DNA of 43,246 bases from Pirellulales bacterium (lineage in GTDB: Bacteria > Planctomycetota > Planctomycetia > Pirellulales > JAICIG01), in assembly GCA_040901675.1 (NCBI GenBank), contig JBBDYJ010000015.1, forward strand, positions 121,496-164,741, in the 5' to 3' direction. The position numbers and the translations under genes are program-made. Position 1 is the first letter of the stretch. Each line of letters starts with the position of its first letter. The notes beneath the pieces were generated by a model, which did no database searches, was not told the DNA's origin, and saw nothing but the letters and a program-made list of their open reading frames with translations. Positions 18,797-28,048 of the stretch are shown piece by piece.

Positions 18797-20356
18797 CTAT
18801 CGCCCTTCCGGGCCTTCCGGGGCCGCGGCCGAGCGGCTGAAATCTCCGACCGCCAAGCCCCAGTCCGAACGGTATGGCGCCTGCCAGACTTGGTCGGTCG
18901 CTTCCAACAGGCCGATGTCCAATTCGTGATAGGGCTTCTTGGCGTCGACCGCCACGGCCTGCTGCGGCCCGGCCATGCCCGACAAGTCCATGCGGAGCGT
19001 CTCGGCGTCCTCCTTGTAAAAGAGGTAGTGCGCTTGCGTGGGCCGCGAGAGACATAGGCCGTCCGAGAGGTGGTTGGCCCGGGCCAGGTCGCGCGGGAAC
19101 CGTTTCTGGAAGAACGTGGCGCAGGTGCGGATCTGATCGCGGTTGGGATACGGCTGCGACATACCGTGCGGCCCGGCGTCGGGCACGAGATAGCCCCAGA
19201 TGTTGGCCACTCCGCCGGCCATGGCGGAGTGCCACAGCCCGCGGCGCGTCATGTCGAGGTCGTAGTCCTTTTCCGTGTAGCGACGGTCGCGGCGAACGCG
19301 GAAGCGGTCCTCCATCGAGACGGGCTTCCGCGGGTGCAGCTCCAGCGCCTCGACGTAGGCTTGGTAGCTCGGCCGGTGGGTCTCGTAGCCGATGTAGTCG
19401 AGCTTGTCGGTGATCAGGTCGACCAGGGGTGTCCCGTGCCGGTGCACCCGGCCCCCGATCAAATGCGGCCAGCCCAGTTGTTCGTGCAGGTGGGCGTGCC
19501 ATTCGCGCAGCTCCTCGTCGCCGACCCATTCCCACAGGTCGAAGCCGTAGCCCATCGTCCAGCCGGGCAGCGGCCCGAGCCGGGCGGCGATGTACCGCTG
19601 CAGCCGCCGGTCCACCTGGCCGTTGATTCCCCAGCGGATCGGCGTCATCCGGCGGCTCTCGTCGCCCCAGGCCCAGATGTGGACGAACCCGCCGGCGGCG
19701 TGTGCCCTGGTGATCAGCAGCTCCAGCGCCTCGAACGTGCGCGGGTCGGGGTTCGGGTCGTCGCCGAGCTGGTCGGAGCTGGTTTTGTCGAGATCGAACC
19801 AGCGGCACAGCACGGCGGTGTGCAGACCGTTGAAGCCGTGCTGGCCGAACCAGGTCTGCAGGTCCTCGTCGACGCGGTCGGGCTGGTCATGGTAGCCGTC
19901 GGGGCTGCGGTACATCACGACTTGCGGGACGAAGACCTCGTCGGCGCCGGACCACATCCAGCGGTTGCGGTCGTGCGTGACGAAGCCGCGGGCCCGCGGG
20001 TCCGGGTCCGGTTCGACCGTGACGGTGCCGCGCCGTCCGTTCAGTTCCGGATCATCGCTGGCGGTCTGGAAGGCCCACGCGCCGACGCGCGTGCCGGTGA
20101 AGCGGAACTTCCAGCGGCCCTCGCCGGCGTAGAACATCCCGGTCCGCAGCGCCTCACCCGTCTCCTGGTGCTTGAACGTGACGTAGGCGGCCAGATCGAA
20201 CGGGTTGCCATCCACCGTTGCGTTGTCGAGCGTCCATTCGAGCACCGGGCTCCACTGGGTGCCGGTCCGGTCGAGCGGCTCGGATACAGCCGGCCCGGCG
20301 AGCAGCGGCACAAGCATGGCGGCCAGCACCGCCCGCCGCGGAAGAATCGCAGTCAT
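18797..20356 (-). CDS. Secreted DUF5060 / DUF4038 (apiosidase-like) glycoside hydrolase-type protein
   Basis: Signal peptide; GNPFD..F.H..G....GMFY.G...WKFRF (DUF5060-like); RYIAARLG; RRGLWHSAMAGG; CAGGAG RBS. Confidence 0.75.
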   Translation of the reverse strand: MTAILPRRAVLAAMLVPLLAGPAVSEPLDRTGTQWSPVLEWTLDNATVDGNPFDLAAYVTFKHQETGEALRTGMFYAGEGRWKFRFTGTRVGAWAFQTASDDPELNGRRGTVTVEPDPDPRARGFVTHDRNRWMWSGADEVFVPQVVMYRSPDGYHDQPDRVDEDLQTWFGQHGFNGLHTAVLCRWFDLDKTSSDQLGDDPNPDPRTFEALELLITRAHAAGGFVHIWAWGDESRRMTPIRWGINGQVDRRLQRYIAARLGPLPGWTMGYGFDLWEWVGDEELREWHAHLHEQLGWPHLIGGRVHRHGTPLVDLITDKLDYIGYETHRPSYQAYVEALELHPRKPVSMEDRFRVRRDRRYTEKDYDLDMTRRGLWHSAMAGGVANIWGYLVPDAGPHGMSQPYPNRDQIRTCATFFQKRFPRDLARANHLSDGLCLSRPTQAHYLFYKEDAETLRMDLSGMAGPQQAVAVDAKKPYHELDIGLLEATDQVWQAPYRSDWGLAVGDFSRSAAAPEGPEGR

Positions 20357-20371
20357 TCAGTTCTCCTGGGG

Positions 20372-23221
20372 CTACTCGCCGGCAAGCGGCGGATCGCTGA
20401 GGTCCCACACGAGCACCTTGCCGTGGCCGGGAATGACGAGCGAGTTGCCATCCGGACTGAAGCTTGGGGAGGCGCAAAAGCCCTCGGGACCGACCAAGGT
20501 CTCGCGCACCGCTCCGGCAGCCGCCTCCACGAGATGTATCCGGGGTTGCGGCACGTCCTCGGGCGCCGCGTCGCGGAGCGAGAGCCCCTCGGGCAGGACC
20601 TGGGTTACCACGGCGATCCACTTGCCGTCGGCGCTGAAGGTCGGCCCGTGCACCGTGGCTTTCGGGCCGAGCAGGACAGTCCGGGCGACCGCTCTGGTCG
20701 CGACGTCGAATAACAAGAGTTTGCGGTGCTCAGCCAACCGGTTGACGACGGCCAGTGTACCGCCATCGGGCGAAAACGCGGCCCCAGAAAAGCTAGCGCC
20801 GGGTTCGGCTTGCAAGGCCGCCTTTTCCTCACCGGTTTCCGCGTCCCAGAACTTCAACCAATCTTCACGCGGTTCAATAATCGCGAGCTCACCGACAATC
20901 AGCTTGCCATCGGGCGAGAACGTCAACCGATCGACGAAGGCGTCTCTCTCGGGCACCGGTATGATGAGCTTCTCTCTCCCCGTCGCGGTGTCAAACAACT
21001 TGATTGCCGTCGTGCGGTTGTTGTCGTTCACAAGCTTTGCGGCGAAGGTCCGGCCGTCCCGCGAGAAGGCACCCTGGTCCGCCAGGCCGTCACCGAGGGC
21101 TCGATGCGTGCCCCGCTTCACGTCCCACAAGCTCGCCGTGCGACGCACCGCTCCCTCGTATTCGCCCGGCAGCTCATCGAACGTTACCAGTGCACTGCCC
21201 TCCGGCGAAAGGACAAAGCGGCGAATCCCACGAGCCGGTTCATGGCGGAAAGTGGCACGCAGCTCGCCAGTGGAGAGTTCCAACTGCCGGATGTCGCTCT
21301 CGAATTCGACATGACGCAGCTCGCGGCCGTCGCGCTCGATGCCCATTGATTGCTCGTTGTACCGAGACACGAAAACACTGCTTCCATCCGGGGCGAAGAC
21401 CACGTTGGACCACGGCGGCTCGTAGCCGGTCAATACCGACGTCCCTTGCTTGCCAGTCGCGGCGTCCCACGACTGCACGATCCCATCGGGAACGTCCCAG
21501 GCCAGAATCGTGTGCCCATCCGGCGTGTAACGGGCTTCGATCAGCCTGTTCGTCCTGTTCGGATGCACAAGCTGGTGGCGCAGCCGCGAGGAAACGGGTT
21601 CCGGCGGCGGACCAGGTTTAGCGGCAACCACGTCGAGCTCCCGGAACGACGGCGCGACGCGGCCTTCAGGCCAGGAGTCGAAAGCGATCGTGATCTGGGC
21701 CGTGCCGGTGCCGGCCGCTGCCGGGGCCCGAACCGGGCCGTGCAGGTTGATCGTTCAGCATCGCCTTGGAAGCTCGTAGGTTTCGCGCACCGGCGGCTCG
21801 CCGGCCATGCCGGGCGGGTAGACGACTTCGACCGTAGGCCAACGATCTTCCGGGACGACCCCTTCATAACCGACGTAGGCCGTCGTGCCCGCGCCGAAGC
21901 CCGGCGTGCCCAGGGCCAGATAGACGTCCGTTGGCCGCCCGAGCGTCAGGGCGGGTCGGGCCCACAGCATGATCTGTAGCTCTCCGCCGAAGTGAATGAT
22001 CGGCGCGTCCTGCGGGCGGTCGGCAAATTGCAGAAATCCATTCACATCGCTATACTGGACGTACTGTTCGAGCCGTCCTTCGACACCTTGACCCTTGAAT
22101 CCGGGCACCTCCACGTCCGCCCACAATCGGTAGGCAAGAGCGTCCGGATCGCGGGCGAGCAGCTCCTTCGCCTGGTCTTCAGTGGCAAATCCGCTCAGGC
22201 TGGTGACTTGAAAGAGCAGATTCCCGTGGGTCCGATTGCCGTCGCGAATTTCACCGATTTTGAACCTACGCGGGGCCTTGTCGGAGGCGAGCCGGGACGA
22301 CTTGGTCGCCCGGACGGGCTCGCCATCATCGGTCAGGTCCCCATTCCCATTACGGTCGGCATAGAGCTGGTCCCCATCGAGCACCAGCCATACGCTGGTG
22401 GTGACTTCGCGGCCGAAGAGCAACAGGCAGTAGCGGGGATTGGCCTGATACAACGGCTCCTTGCCGATTCGGCGGTCCGCTGCGCTGCCTAAAGCCTGCT
22501 GCTTTCCCGTGCCGGTGTCCCAGAGGCTGATCTTGCCGTCCCGGTCCCAGACGGCCAATACCTTGCCGCCAGGCGCGAACCGCGCGCCGGCGCCTTGGAA
22601 GCGTGCGAGTTCCTTATGCTGTTGGGTGTCCCAGATCCGGATCCTGGTATTGTCAGGCTCGCGGGAGCCCACGACGGCCATGTACGTCTTGCCGTCGGGT
22701 GAAAAAGCCGCCTCCAGGAATTCGACGTGCTCGGCCTCGCGGAAGGCAGCTCGCTCTTTGCCCGTCGTCACCTCCCAGAGCGTCAAGCGGTTCCGCCCCG
22801 AGGCCTTGTCGTCATGGCCCAGCGCCATCAGCAGCTTGCCGCCTGGGGAGAACTCCAGGTGGCCGATCACTCCGCCGTCGGAAAGCGAGGCCATCTGCTT
22901 GCCGTCGGCCACGCGCCACAACATGGCGGGCTCGTCCCCTCGCTGCGTCGCCAGGATCTTGCCGTCTGGCGAAAAGAGCATGGTGGGCGTCCAGACCAGG
23001 GCGGAGCCACGAAGGAAGTCGCTTTCCTTGGGTCGATAGAGGCTGGCGAGCTTTTTGCCCGTGGCCACTTCCCAGAGAGCGACGGTGGCGTCCTCGGCCG
23101 CGGCCGCCAGGATCGATCCATCAGGCGAGAAGGCCGGCGCAGGCGTCTGCTGGGCGCGGGCCGCCTCGGGTAGGACAACGAGCCCGAGGATCAGGAGGAG
23201 AAGCGTTCTCGTCGTGTTCAT
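20372..23221 (-). CDS. Secreted WD40 - planctomycete domain - WD40 protein with in-frame TGA at codon 489 (candidate selenocysteine); standard callers split it into 21755-23221 and 20372-21631
   Basis: Signal peptide; FSPDG WD40 repeats in both halves; ..YELPRRC-TGA-TINLHGPVRAP.. continues for 41 sense codons in frame into the second ORF. Confidence 0.75.
21718..21745 (-). promoter_or_regulatory. Candidate bacterial SECIS element
   Basis: CTGC-AC-GGCCCG-GTT-CGGGCC-CCG-GCAG; apical loop begins with G, 21 nt after the TGA at 21757-21755. Confidence 0.6.
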
Positions 23222-23425
23222 GCACGGTCCCTCGGATTTGTGGCAGCGAGTTTCGACACCAGCAGGTCCGGGCAGTTGCCAGATCAATTCTCCGCGACCG
23301 GATGGTCGCCTGCAAGCAAGCCGTCGTGCCGCCGGCTCTTCTCAGCCATCGCAGGCATGCCGGTCCCTGTCCGGCGCAGGCTCGGAATCAGCGACTTGAG
23401 CGGTTCCCCCGAGAACCCATTGCGT

Positions 23426-23431
23426 TATAAT
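23426..23431 (+). promoter_or_regulatory. Possible -10 box for the 23575 gene
   Basis: Perfect TATAAT in a GC-rich divergent intergenic region; no clear -35. Confidence 0.4.
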
Positions 23432-23574
23432 GCCTTAAGTCCGAGCCTGAGATATCGACAACCACTGGTACCGGCATCCCGCGCGGTAGTCACGTGGTAG
23501 CCTCCGAGAGGCTGCAAAGGTCGCGGCAGCCGACAACGTCGATGCGCCATCGGATTCTAGCGAGGAGCTAAAGC

Positions 23575-25965
23575 ATGTTGCGGTCCGTCCAGTTCGCAGC
23601 CGTCGTGTTGGCCATCACTGCCATGGCATGCCCAGAGGCCCTGGCCCAGAGGGGAGGCGGTTCCCGCGGGGGTGGCGGAGGCGGCTCCGGTGGTGTGGCG
23701 CGTGGCGGAGGCGGGGGCGGCGGAGGCGGCATGCGCGGCGGGGGCGGTGGTGGTGCCATGCGGGGCGGAGGCGGTGGCGGGAGCAGCATGCGCGGCGGAG
23801 GCGGTGGTGCGATGCGAGGGGGCGGAAGCAGTATGCGGGGCGGCTCCGGCGCTGCGATGCGAGGGGGTGGAAGCAGCATGCGTGGCGGCTCCGGCGCTGC
23901 GATGCGAGGGGGTGGAAGCAGCATGCGTGGCTCCGGCCCTGCGATGCGCAGTGGTGGAAGCAGCATGCGTGGCGGCTCCAGCCCTGCGATTCGCGGTGGG
24001 GGCGGATTCTCGGGCGGTGCCACGCGTGGCGGCGCTCCCAGCTTTTCCCGCGGACGCAGTATGCCAGGCATCTCCAGCGGCGCAAACCGCGGCTTTTCCG
24101 GCGGCAGTGGCTTCTCCTCCCGGGGAGCCGCGCCGAGCGGCAGCCTCCGCGGCAGCGCGGGGGCCGTGGGCCGCGGGACGCTTCCCGGCGGTAGCCCGCG
24201 CGGGCTCGGCAGCGTGCCCGGGGGCCGCGGATCGTCGTCCAGCCGGGGCCGCAGCGAATTCAGGGCGCCTGATTCGCGCGGCCCGTCGCGGGGCTCGATA
24301 GACCGCTCTCGCGGGCTCTCGCTCGGCCAGCGGCAGGTCGGCAGCTCATTCGAGTCCGGCTGGGCCAATCGTAACGGCCGATCAGGCGATTTCGACGGAC
24401 GCAGCTTCGACGGACGCGGTTCGGAGCGGCGCAGTTTGGACGGACGCAGTTTGGACGGACGCGGTTCGGAGCGGCGCAGTTTGGACGGACGCAATTTCGA
24501 CGGACGCAGTTCGGACCGGCGCAATTTGGACGGACGCAATTTCGACGGACGCAGTTCGGACCGGCGCAATTTGGACGGACGCAACTTCGAGGGGCGCAGT
24601 TTCGACGGACGCAGTTCGGACCGACGCAACTTCGAGGGACGCAACTTCGAGGGGCGCAGTTTCGACGGACGCAGCTTCGACGGACGCAGTTTCAATGGGC
24701 GGAGTTCGGAAGGGCGCAGCTTCGACGGGCGCAGCTTCGACGGCCGTCGCAGCGGCGACTGGAGCAATCTCGCCTTCGATCGCGGCGATCGCAACTGGAG
24801 CGGCCGGTTTCATGATCGGCATCGTCACTGGCATCGCGGCTTCTCCGTCAACGTTTTCCATGGTAGTCCCTGGGGCTGGTCTCCCTGGTGGGGTGGATGG
24901 GGGCCGCGGTGGGGTTGGGGCGGAGGCTTTGGCCCGCGCTGGGGCTGGGCCGATTGGTGGGGTCCGTGGGGTTACGGTCCGATGGCGTACCGGACCGGGT
25001 ACTGGAACTACTATAATCCGTACTGGCAGGAGCCGCTCGTGCTGGGAACGACGGTGGTCGATTACTCGCAGCCGATTATCCTGCCCGACGACGCCGGACC
25101 AGCGGATGCCACCGCCGCGGACGATCCGGCCGTGGCCATGGCCCTGAGCCAGTTCGACGCGGCGCGCGAGCTGTTTTCGCGCGGCGACTACCAGGCGGCG
25201 CTGGACGGCGCGCGCCTCGCCATGCAGCACCTGCCGACCGACGCCGCGCTGCACGAATTCGTGTCGCTCGTCCATTTCGCCCAGGGCAACTACCGCGAGG
25301 CGGCCGGCACGGTTCACTCCGTGCTGGCGGCCGGTCCCGGCTGGAACTGGCAGACGATGAGGAGTCTCTATCCGGACGTGGCCGTTTACACCCAGCACCT
25401 GCGGGCGGCCGAGGCCTACCGCCGGGCGAATCCCGAGTCGGGCGACGTGCGCTTCCTGCTGGCGTACCACTACATGACCACCGGCCACGGCGACGCGGCC
25501 GCCCACGAGCTGCGGCAGGTCCTCCGATTGGAGCCGAACGATACGGTCGCAACCAGGCTGCTGCAAGGGCTGACCGGGGAGGCCGTCGAACCCACTCCGG
25601 CCGGCGCGGAACTGCCCGTACCGGCCGGCGACGCGACAAGCGGACAGCTCGTGCCTTCCGGCGCGGCGGGCGCGGCCGAGCCCGTGGCCGGTTCGCTGGT
25701 CGGCTCGTGGACGGCGGCGCGGGACGATGGCTCGAAGTTCGCCCTGACGCTGAATCCCGAGGGCCGGTTCACCTGGACCGTGGCCCAGCGGGACGAGGAG
25801 ACCGAGTTGACCGGCACCTATTCCTTGGCGGACGACCTGCTGGTCCTCGAATCGGACGAAGGCGGGGCGATGATCGGCCGCGTGAGCCAGGCGGGTGAAA
25901 ACGGCTTCCAGTTCCGGCTGGTCGGCGCGCCGCAGGACGATCCCGGCCTCACGTTTGAGCAGTAG
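23575..25965 (+). CDS. Secreted Gly/Arg-rich repeat protein with TPR domain and small C-terminal beta domain
   Basis: GAGGAG RBS; signal peptide ..ALA; MRGGG repeats; DGRS pentapeptides; WG-rich segment; YYNPY; TPR-like helices (FSRGDYQAA, FAQGNYREAA, FLLAYHY); LVGSWTA. Confidence 0.85.
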   Translation: MLRSVQFAAVVLAITAMACPEALAQRGGGSRGGGGGGSGGVARGGGGGGGGGMRGGGGGGAMRGGGGGGSSMRGGGGGAMRGGGSSMRGGSGAAMRGGGSSMRGGSGAAMRGGGSSMRGSGPAMRSGGSSMRGGSSPAIRGGGGFSGGATRGGAPSFSRGRSMPGISSGANRGFSGGSGFSSRGAAPSGSLRGSAGAVGRGTLPGGSPRGLGSVPGGRGSSSSRGRSEFRAPDSRGPSRGSIDRSRGLSLGQRQVGSSFESGWANRNGRSGDFDGRSFDGRGSERRSLDGRSLDGRGSERRSLDGRNFDGRSSDRRNLDGRNFDGRSSDRRNLDGRNFEGRSFDGRSSDRRNFEGRNFEGRSFDGRSFDGRSFNGRSSEGRSFDGRSFDGRRSGDWSNLAFDRGDRNWSGRFHDRHRHWHRGFSVNVFHGSPWGWSPWWGGWGPRWGWGGGFGPRWGWADWWGPWGYGPMAYRTGYWNYYNPYWQEPLVLGTTVVDYSQPIILPDDAGPADATAADDPAVAMALSQFDAARELFSRGDYQAALDGARLAMQHLPTDAALHEFVSLVHFAQGNYREAAGTVHSVLAAGPGWNWQTMRSLYPDVAVYTQHLRAAEAYRRANPESGDVRFLLAYHYMTTGHGDAAAHELRQVLRLEPNDTVATRLLQGLTGEAVEPTPAGAELPVPAGDATSGQLVPSGAAGAAEPVAGSLVGSWTAARDDGSKFALTLNPEGRFTWTVAQRDEETELTGTYSLADDLLVLESDEGGAMIGRVSQAGENGFQFRLVGAPQDDPGLTFEQ
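23812..23988 (+). repeat. Coding repeat, ~4 x 45 bp (MRGGGSSMRGGSGAA)
   Basis: Units start at 23812, 23857, 23902 and 23944. Confidence 0.8.
24391..24750 (+). repeat. Coding tandem repeat, 24 x 15 bp (consensus TTCGACGGACGCAGT)
   Basis: Encodes FDGRS/LDGRN/SDRRN-type pentapeptides. Confidence 0.92.
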
Positions 25966-26178
25966 CGGCGCCGGCAGGCCGTACACGCCGGGTCACCGCG
26001 ATGGCCATACCCTTTGGTGGTCAACTATGGCCCGGCGCTGCTGTTCGCAATCTCCTTGAGCTTGAACTCGTTCTGGATCGCCTTTGGCCTCGTCTTCTTT
26101 AGTCCCCGGCGGCTGTCCGGCCGCAGTCCCAGCCTTCGGCACCGTGGGCTTCCCATCCGTGAACGGAGCATTCGCGTG

Positions 26179-26207
26179 TTGATTTCGCGATTACATGCAT
26201 GTAGCTT
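26179..26207 (+). promoter_or_regulatory. Putative promoter with overlapping palindromic operator
   Basis: TTGATT (26179-84), 17-nt spacer, TAGCTT (26202-07); perfect palindrome TACATGCATGTA (26192-26203); ATG 6 nt after the -10 with no SD. Confidence 0.5.
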
Positions 26208-26213
26208 TAAGCA

Positions 26214-26447
26214 ATGCCGACCGTGCTTCGGAGTGGACCCTATCGGTTATTCTTTTACTCGGCAGACCGAGATGAACCGCCGCATGTCCATGTTGAGCGT
26301 GACGATGCCGAGGCCAAGTTCTGGCTGAGTCCTGTTCGTCTCGAGCGCAGCCATGGTTTCGCTCGGAAAGATATCAATGGCATTCAGGCGCTTGTAGAAG
26401 AGCACCAAGAGGGATTGTTGGAGAGTTGGAATGAGTTCTTCGCTTGA
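26214..26447 (+). CDS. DUF4160 domain protein (putative TA component)
   Basis: MPTVLRSGPYRLFFYSAD..EPPHVHV...AKFWL...W.EFF. Confidence 0.9.
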   Translation: MPTVLRSGPYRLFFYSADRDEPPHVHVERDDAEAKFWLSPVRLERSHGFARKDINGIQALVEEHQEGLLESWNEFFA

Positions 26448-26757
26448 AGTTTCCAAATCGCTGGCTGTCAACGCGACGATAACCGATGACACGCTCTCGG
26501 TGGAGTTGTCGGACGGTCGCACAATTGCCGTGCCATTGGCATGGTATCCCAGGCTGGCGCATGCCACGAGCAAGGAGCGCTCTTCCTGGCGGCTAATCGC
26601 GGGGGGCCGAGGGATTCATTGGCCCCAGCTCGATGAGGATATCAGCGTGGAGAACCTGCTGCTGGGTCAGCCCTCGGCCGAGAGTCAACGCTCTTTCCAG
26701 GAGTGGCTCGCCAAGCGCCGCGGCAAAAAGGCTGGCACGCGGCGGGGTGGGGCCTAA
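26431..26757 (+). CDS. DUF2442 domain protein (putative TA component)
   Basis: LSVELSDGRTIAVPLAWYPRL...GIHWPQLDEDISVENLL; overlaps the DUF4160 gene. Confidence 0.9.
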   Translation: MSSSLEVSKSLAVNATITDDTLSVELSDGRTIAVPLAWYPRLAHATSKERSSWRLIAGGRGIHWPQLDEDISVENLLLGQPSAESQRSFQEWLAKRRGKKAGTRRGGA

Positions 26758-26764
26758 GCGGCCG

Positions 26765-27199
26765 CTACACCTGTCCAGGGCGGCATTGCTTGCACCGAGT
26801 TGCGTTCCGGGCAGCCGCCTTACCCGCTCTGCTGGAATATCCTTTCAATGCACCCAGCGTTTTCGGAAAGCCGCCCAGCGGCGATTCTTTGGGGGGCTGC
26901 CAGCAGGCAACCTCCTGGATCCGGCGAGCCAGTTCCACGTCGCTCCATGTCACCGCCCGGACCCGATGCGTTTGCAGCTTCACGGTCACCTTGGCGTAGC
27001 CGATGCTCAGGTCCGGGTGGTGCCAGGCCGCTTCGGCGACGTAACCGATGGCCGCCGTCAACAGCATGGTGTGCGGCCAGCCGGGCGTCGTGAAGGTGCG
27101 CCGCAGCCAGGCATCGCGCACTTCCCAGCCGGGCAGGAAGCCCAGCGCTTCGTGCAGCTCCTCGTCGGTCAACACGTGGTCTTGGTTTTCTTCGGCCAT
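26765..27199 (-). CDS. Pterin-4-alpha-carbinolamine dehydratase family protein (C-terminus possibly frameshift-extended)
   Basis: LPGWEV...AEAAWHHPDL....V.V.LQTH.....T.SD..LA; GGAGG RBS before ATG 27199. Confidence 0.88.
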   Translation of the reverse strand: MAEENQDHVLTDEELHEALGFLPGWEVRDAWLRRTFTTPGWPHTMLLTAAIGYVAEAAWHHPDLSIGYAKVTVKLQTHRVRAVTWSDVELARRIQEVACWQPPKESPLGGFPKTLGALKGYSSRAGKAAARNATRCKQCRPGQV

Positions 27200-27481
27200 G
27201 GCAAGTGCTCCTCCCGTGAGGTTTCGCGGGGATTCGAATGGGTTAAACGCCATTCTCCGCCGGCAGGCGGGCCGCGACAAGCGTTCGGGGCGTCGCGCCC
27301 AGTCGCGTGCCGCCGTGCAGCATCGTTGGCCCTCGCGGCTGCTGCCGGCCCTCGCGGAGCAAGCAGTGAATGGCTGCGGGCGTTGGCTGTCGGCTCGCGT
27401 TCTCGTACACTGCGGGCGTCGTCCCGATGCGCAAGCCGACGGGGTTCCCGCCACAATCCTCTCGAAGCGTTGATCCAGACC

Positions 27482-27793
27482 ATGATTCGCCTTCTTGTTC
27501 TGTATGGGCATCCCCAGGATCCGGCCGCCTTCGACCGCTACTACCGCGACACGCACATCCCGATCGCCCGGCGGATGAAGGGACTGAAGAAATGGACGAT
27601 CGGCAAGGTGCAAGGCACGCCCGGCGGGGAGCCATCGCCCTACTACTACGTGGCCGACCTCTACATGGAGAGCCGCGAGGCCTTCGAGCAACTGCTCGCC
27701 TCGCCCGAAGGCCAGGCCGCCGTCGCCGACGTGCCCAACTACGCCACCGGCGGCGTCACCTTCCTCTACACCGAGGTCGACCAGATCATTTGA
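27482..27793 (+). CDS. EthD family protein (dimeric alpha-beta barrel)
   Basis: VLYGHPQDPAAFDRYY..THIP...SPEGQAAVADVPNYA. Confidence 0.9.
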   Translation: MIRLLVLYGHPQDPAAFDRYYRDTHIPIARRMKGLKKWTIGKVQGTPGGEPSPYYYVADLYMESREAFEQLLASPEGQAAVADVPNYATGGVTFLYTEVDQII

Positions 27794-27884
27794 ATCGGCA
27801 TTCCAGGCCGCCGCACGCCGCCAGATGCCAAAAGCCAGGAGCAAAGGTTGCAGGCTCCAGCGGCGTGGAGTGTACTGAGAGGGA

Positions 27885-28038
27885 CTCAGCGGCCTGTGGA
27901 TCCGGATCGCAACACTGAACTGTCAGCTGGGTGGCTGGGGCAAAGCGATAAGCGTGCCCCAGTTGCGATGTGAGGAAGTTATTCTTCGGCCGATCCTCAG
28001 GCGCCTGTTGGGTCCGGATCGTAACACTGAACTGTCAG
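27885..28038 (+). repeat. REP-like element flanked by ~42-bp imperfect direct repeats
   Basis: CTCAGCGGCCTGTGGATCCGGATCGCAACACTGAACTGTCAG (27885-27926) versus CTCAGGCGCCTGTTGGGTCCGGATCGTAACACTGAACTGTCAG (27996-28038); hairpin CTGGGGCA..TGCCCCAG between them. Confidence 0.8.
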
Positions 28039-28048
28039 GAGCAGCGGT

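Noticed and set aside
24391..24750. CRISPR or non-coding repeat array
   Set aside because: 15-bp period, in frame inside a coding gene
26014..26328. 104-aa ORF with a hydrophobic start
   Set aside because: TTG start without RBS; overlaps the DUF4160 gene and its promoter; at most a TM-helix remnant
27885..28038. Minimal CRISPR (repeat-spacer-repeat)
   Set aside because: Only two imperfect copies; the 69-bp interval is itself a dispersed palindromic repeat; no cas genes
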